DNA of 36,694 nt from a virus (Duplodnaviria; Caudoviricetes): IMG/VR virus record IMGVR_UViG_3300014199_000367, positions 1 through 36,694 of that record; one strand, written 5' to 3'. Positions 35,289-36,694 of this stretch are shown here, in pieces. The stretch's first letter is position 1. Each line of letters begins with the position of its first letter. The translations under genes and the position numbers were made by a program. The notes below the pieces were generated by a model that did no database searches, was not told where the DNA came from, and saw only the letters and a program-made list of their open reading frames with translations.

Positions 35289-36694
35289 AATCATTCAGAC
35301 TCTTCAAACGCCGCGACGACGGCACGGAGATGCCGCCCACTGAATCAGGTTACAAAGACCGCCCGTACTACTTCCGCTTCTCCTGCCGTGGCAAGAGCTA
35401 CGTCCGCGCTCTGGACACTGCCAAAGCCACGGAAGCCCAGGACCGCGCGCGCGCCAAGTACAACGAAATCGTGCAAGGCGTCATCACCGGCGAGTATGAC
35501 CGGATTGACCACACCAAAATCCGGCAGGATACCACCGGCAAAATCAAAGCCCTCCTGGAAGCGTACACGGATGGCCCCAGCGACGCCTCGCTTTCCACGC
35601 GCAAAAACAATTGCAGCAGCCTCTGCCAAATCGTTGCCGAGACCGGCTCCATCCGGGATTTGACGCCCGTCGCTGTCCGCGCTTTCTTCGCCGATGTGAA
35701 CAAGAAAGCCTTGGCCGAACCCGACCAAGCCACCGCCGCCAGTATGCGCCGCACTGCCAATGCCGTTTGGCGCAAGGCAAAGTCCCTGTTTACCCCGAAG
35801 TGTTTGGAGCACTACCGGCAACTCGATCTCTTTCACCCCTGCATGATCGAATTCGTGAATGCCGGCGAAGCCGCCAAGTTCACCGGCCGGAGTGTCCCGA
35901 AAGTAGCCTACAACCCTCCCACTGACGCCATCATCGCCAAGACCCTGAAAGCATGGGACGAACTGGCGGACACGAACCGGGACTTGTACCTCGCCATCGG
36001 TCACGAATTGAGTTTTGGCCTGCGCATCTCGGAGGTCGCGCAAGTCCAGTGGGACTGGCACCAGGTCCGCAACGGCTACCCCGTCCTCGACAGCAGCGCC
36101 CACGTGAAAGACGGCAGCGGCCTGCTACAAGTCCGCGCCCTCGACCCGTTCTTCAGCCAAATGATGGCGACGGTTGAACGCAACAAATGGCGTGGCGAAC
36201 CCGAAGACTTCATCATCCCCGGCAGCAATGCCTACCGCACGGACGGCTTGTTCCGCGCCGCCACCAACTGGCTCCGCACTCTTGGCTGGAAGACCCACAA
36301 GACGAATCACGCCCTGCGCGCCTACACCGGCGGGCTGATCGCCATGCGCTACTCCATCTACGAGGCGCAAATGTTCCTGCGTCACAGCAGCGTCAAGGTC
36401 ACCGAAAGCAACTACGCCCACTTCATCCAGAAATTCAAACCAGCGGACATCGAAAGCATCCCCGCCCGTTGGGCAGTCGCTGATGCAACCCCGAAATCCG
36501 CTGATGCAACCTCCCCGGCGAAAGCCGCGAAAGCAGCCCCCAAAGGCGCAAAATCCCCAGCAAACACCGGTGCAAAGACGCAAATTGCATCAGCCAACCG
36601 CGCTGATGCAACTTCTGATGCAACATTTCAATTCCAAGTGGTTCCACCCGGTTCCGGGACACAGCCCCCGGAAACCGACCTATCGCGGAATTAA
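35285..36694 (+). CDS. int: Tyrosine recombinase/phage integrase with low-complexity C-terminal extension
   Basis: Catalytic R (GLRISE), K (VKDG), HxxR (HALR), H (LRHSS), Y (SNYAH); N-terminal arm-binding-like YYFRF segment. Confidence 0.92.
   Translation: MKSFRLFKRRDDGTEMPPTESGYKDRPYYFRFSCRGKSYVRALDTAKATEAQDRARAKYNEIVQGVITGEYDRIDHTKIRQDTTGKIKALLEAYTDGPSDASLSTRKNNCSSLCQIVAETGSIRDLTPVAVRAFFADVNKKALAEPDQATAASMRRTANAVWRKAKSLFTPKCLEHYRQLDLFHPCMIEFVNAGEAAKFTGRSVPKVAYNPPTDAIIAKTLKAWDELADTNRDLYLAIGHELSFGLRISEVAQVQWDWHQVRNGYPVLDSSAHVKDGSGLLQVRALDPFFSQMMATVERNKWRGEPEDFIIPGSNAYRTDGLFRAATNWLRTLGWKTHKTNHALRAYTGGLIAMRYSIYEAQMFLRHSSVKVTESNYAHFIQKFKPADIESIPARWAVADATPKSADATSPAKAAKAAPKGAKSPANTGAKTQIASANRADATSDATFQFQVVPPGSGTQPPETDLSRN
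36478..36624 (+). repeat. Cluster of (GC)TGATGCAA(C) repeats in int 3' end (four direct, one inverted); candidate att arm/core sites
   Basis: CGCTGATGCAACC at 36478 and 36499; TTGCATCAGC-7nt-GCTGATGCAA at 36585-36611; GATGCAAC-TTCT-GATGCAAC at 36605-36624. Confidence 0.8.

Larger units (their letters stand above)
1..36694. mobile_element. Temperate podovirus-like prophage/phage segment (integrase to DNA-ejection genes); ends not contained in window
   Basis: Integrase, primase-helicase, TerL, portal, scaffold, capsid, adaptor, nozzle and ejection-type genes in podoviral order; no tape-measure or sheath gene seen. Confidence 0.93.

Noticed and set aside
1-36694. tRNA/rRNA genes and a recognisable endolysin
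   Set aside because: No cloverleaf/T-loop signature or peptidoglycan-hydrolase motif recognised by eye; tRNAscan-SE and HMM searches would be needed to exclude them

Overview
The whole window is part of a temperate, podovirus-like (short-tailed) prophage or phage. The host is most likely a PVC-superphylum bacterium such as Verrucomicrobiota; this is inferred from the PEP-CTERM cargo and protein style. From right to left it carries: a tyrosine integrase coupled to a tiny basic protein; an AT-richer cargo operon (two tandem PEP-CTERM paralogs and an 875-aa secreted Ig-like repeat protein); a short rightward operon of HTH and hypothetical genes; a divergent pair of small ribbon-helix-helix-like genes with GATATAC-type operators and no recognisable CI repressor; and a long leftward lytic operon. 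That operon encodes an Xis-like HTH, a TerS-like protein, a replication initiator with iterons, a T7 gp4/Twinkle-like primase-helicase, a ParB-like protein, TerL, a tandem-wHTH regulator, portal, scaffold, major capsid, adaptor, tailspike, holins, nozzle, fibre, a frameshifted GNAT-like gene and ejection proteins. The most unusual signals are: (1) a GATGCAAC-N4-GATGCAAC motif shared, in inverted orientation and in the same reading frame, by the 3' tails of the terS-like and integrase genes, a possible recombination or inversion switch or a link between packaging and excision; (2) a 50-bp direct-repeat element conserved upstream of both the portal and scaffold/capsid genes, each copy bordering an inserted moron; (3) a tailspike with an apparent Sec signal peptide and a holin fused to a lipoprotein; (4) two candidate structured RNAs; (5) phage-borne PEP-CTERM surface proteins. 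All family assignments come from motif recognition by eye, not from database searches.
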